A stretch of 36,753 nt of DNA. Origin: Bacteroidota bacterium (GTDB lineage: Bacteria; Bacteroidota; Bacteroidia; Bacteroidales; WCHB1-69). The notes under the pieces are model-generated. The model was not told the DNA's origin, did no database searches, and saw only the letters and a program-made list of their open reading frames with translations. The stretch is taken from NCBI GenBank assembly GCA_009787115.1, contig WRGQ01000168.1, positions 1 through 36,753 on the forward strand, read 5' to 3'. Every line of letters begins with the position of its first letter. Within the stretch, counting starts at the first letter, position 1. Below, in pieces: positions 35,515 to 36,753 of the stretch. The position numbers and the translations under genes were made by a program.

Positions 35515-36753
35515 ACTTTTACTCTCACCCCTTCCGAGTGGCTCGTAAATTCCGGCGCATACATGCTTTGCATCGTAGTTATGCCGTTAGAAAAATCCCC
35601 TTTCTGCGATACGCGCAAGTCGTATTCAAATACGTAAGTCCCCTTACGCAAATAATCTATGAAGAAATTCATAGAGGCATCTTTAATGGCTTGATAATAA
35701 CCGAGACCCGCTTTGTATCTGTATCCCGATAAATAATCTATCGGCTCAAAACAGGCGGCACGCATATCTTTCAGATGCACATACTCCATGTCGCGGTCGC
35801 AACGAATTTCTATTCTTACGGTAATTTTATCGCCTGCAATTAATTTTGCGTCTTTTTCAATGGGGACGATAACTGTTTTATTACCCTCTTTTCGTTCTAC
35901 AAAGAGTTGTTTGGTAATGGTTAAGGGGGTTTCTTTAAATTGCTTTATTTTGTCTAACTGTTCAAAATATTGCCAATACACTGCCCCCCATGCTACGCTG
36001 TTTTCACTTTTGGTAACGCTTATTTTTCCCCAATCGGGGGTTACGAGCGAGCCCTCCCAGCGTTTTTTAAAGTAGCCGGTGCCGGCTTCTGTCTTTATTT
36101 CAGCATCAGTAGCAGGGTCAATGGTCATATTGCCTATTTTTATAATTGGGTAATCTGTTTCTGCCAATAAATCAGTGCCTTGCAACAACAGCGCGTAAAC
36201 GGCTTCGGTGGTGGCTTTGGTCGTTTTCCAATCTTGCGTTTGCTTTTGTTTGAGCAACCACACTTTCATTTCTTCTACTGAGGTTTTGTCGTTGGCAACA
36301 TCGCTAAAAACTTCTATTAAAAGCGCTTGCGTTTCGATGGGCGCTTGATACCAATAGCAGCCGTTGTTATATTTCCAATACATACCCATTTCGTTATTAT
36401 GGATAGCGTGCTCTTTTAAAGAGGCGACAATTTTGGCGGGAACTTTCGGCTCGCCCTGTTTATACAACGCCAACGCAATCATGCCCTGCATGTAAAAATC
36501 TTTGCTCGTCCAATATTTTATTGCTTGATTTTTGTAATACTCAAACGCTACTGAGGTAGTTTGCGGTAAAGGAATATCATTCATAAAAAATGAGCGTACA
36601 TATAAATATTGAATTTGCATATAACTCAAATGGTCTTTTTCCAAACACTTTTCATCGCAATGTTTTTTCAGGTCTTCGTAACTCTTTTCCAACTGTTTAT
36701 CTAAATAGGGAATTGCCTTTTTAACCATATCCCAAACGGTTGTATTGGTTTTG
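35505..36753 (-). CDS. Alpha-2-macroglobulin family protein, C-terminal part (5' truncated by window)
   Basis: WY.APIETQALLIE.F, WLLKQKQTQ.W.TTKAT.EA.YALL, WGAVYWQYFE, DRDMEYVHLKD.RAA..EP, QSMYAPEF.SHS.G; frame runs off the window end. Confidence 0.9.
   Translation of the reverse strand, partial: KTNTTVWDMVKKAIPYLDKQLEKSYEDLKKHCDEKCLEKDHLSYMQIQYLYVRSFFMNDIPLPQTTSVAFEYYKNQAIKYWTSKDFYMQGMIALALYKQGEPKVPAKIVASLKEHAIHNNEMGMYWKYNNGCYWYQAPIETQALLIEVFSDVANDKTSVEEMKVWLLKQKQTQDWKTTKATTEAVYALLLQGTDLLAETDYPIIKIGNMTIDPATDAEIKTEAGTGYFKKRWEGSLVTPDWGKISVTKSENSVAWGAVYWQYFEQLDKIKQFKETPLTITKQLFVERKEGNKTVIVPIEKDAKLIAGDKITVRIEIRCDRDMEYVHLKDMRAACFEPIDYLSGYRYKAGLGYYQAIKDASMNFFIDYLRKGTYVFEYDLRVSQKGDFSNGITTMQSMYAPEFTSHSEGVRVKVSD

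Overview
AT-rich chromosomal window from a Bacteroidota (most likely Bacteroidales) bacterium: TAnnTTTG (-7) promoters precede most transcription units and the gene families are typical. Left to right: the 3' end of an alpha-2-macroglobulin (A2M) gene; a surface-glycan region (Wzx flippase, GT2, two GT4 paralogues, PAP2 phosphatase, YfhO-family GT-C protein, rfbF-rfbG-epimerase-reductase CDP-sugar pathway, GT2, ugd); a GH38 alpha-mannosidase; initiator tRNA-Met followed by a decayed PIN toxin-antitoxin module; envelope and housekeeping genes (DUF3822-like, waaA, OlsF-like acyltransferase, rimM, Xaa-Pro aminopeptidase, uvrA, rdgB, rpmF, yceD); an orphan ABC ATPase; a decayed toxin/immunity-like patch; an S41 protease; a Cys-rich lipoprotein; folP; and the 3' part of a second A2M gene. 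The most unusual signal is a set of several families of 7-bp tandem repeats at gene boundaries. At two junctions they form inverted pairs joining an upstream stop codon to the next start region, and one array is translated in frame inside UvrA. Also notable: a 199-bp near-identical block shared by the two GT4 genes, and two composite pseudogenes. All family assignments come from motif recognition by eye; no database searches were run.
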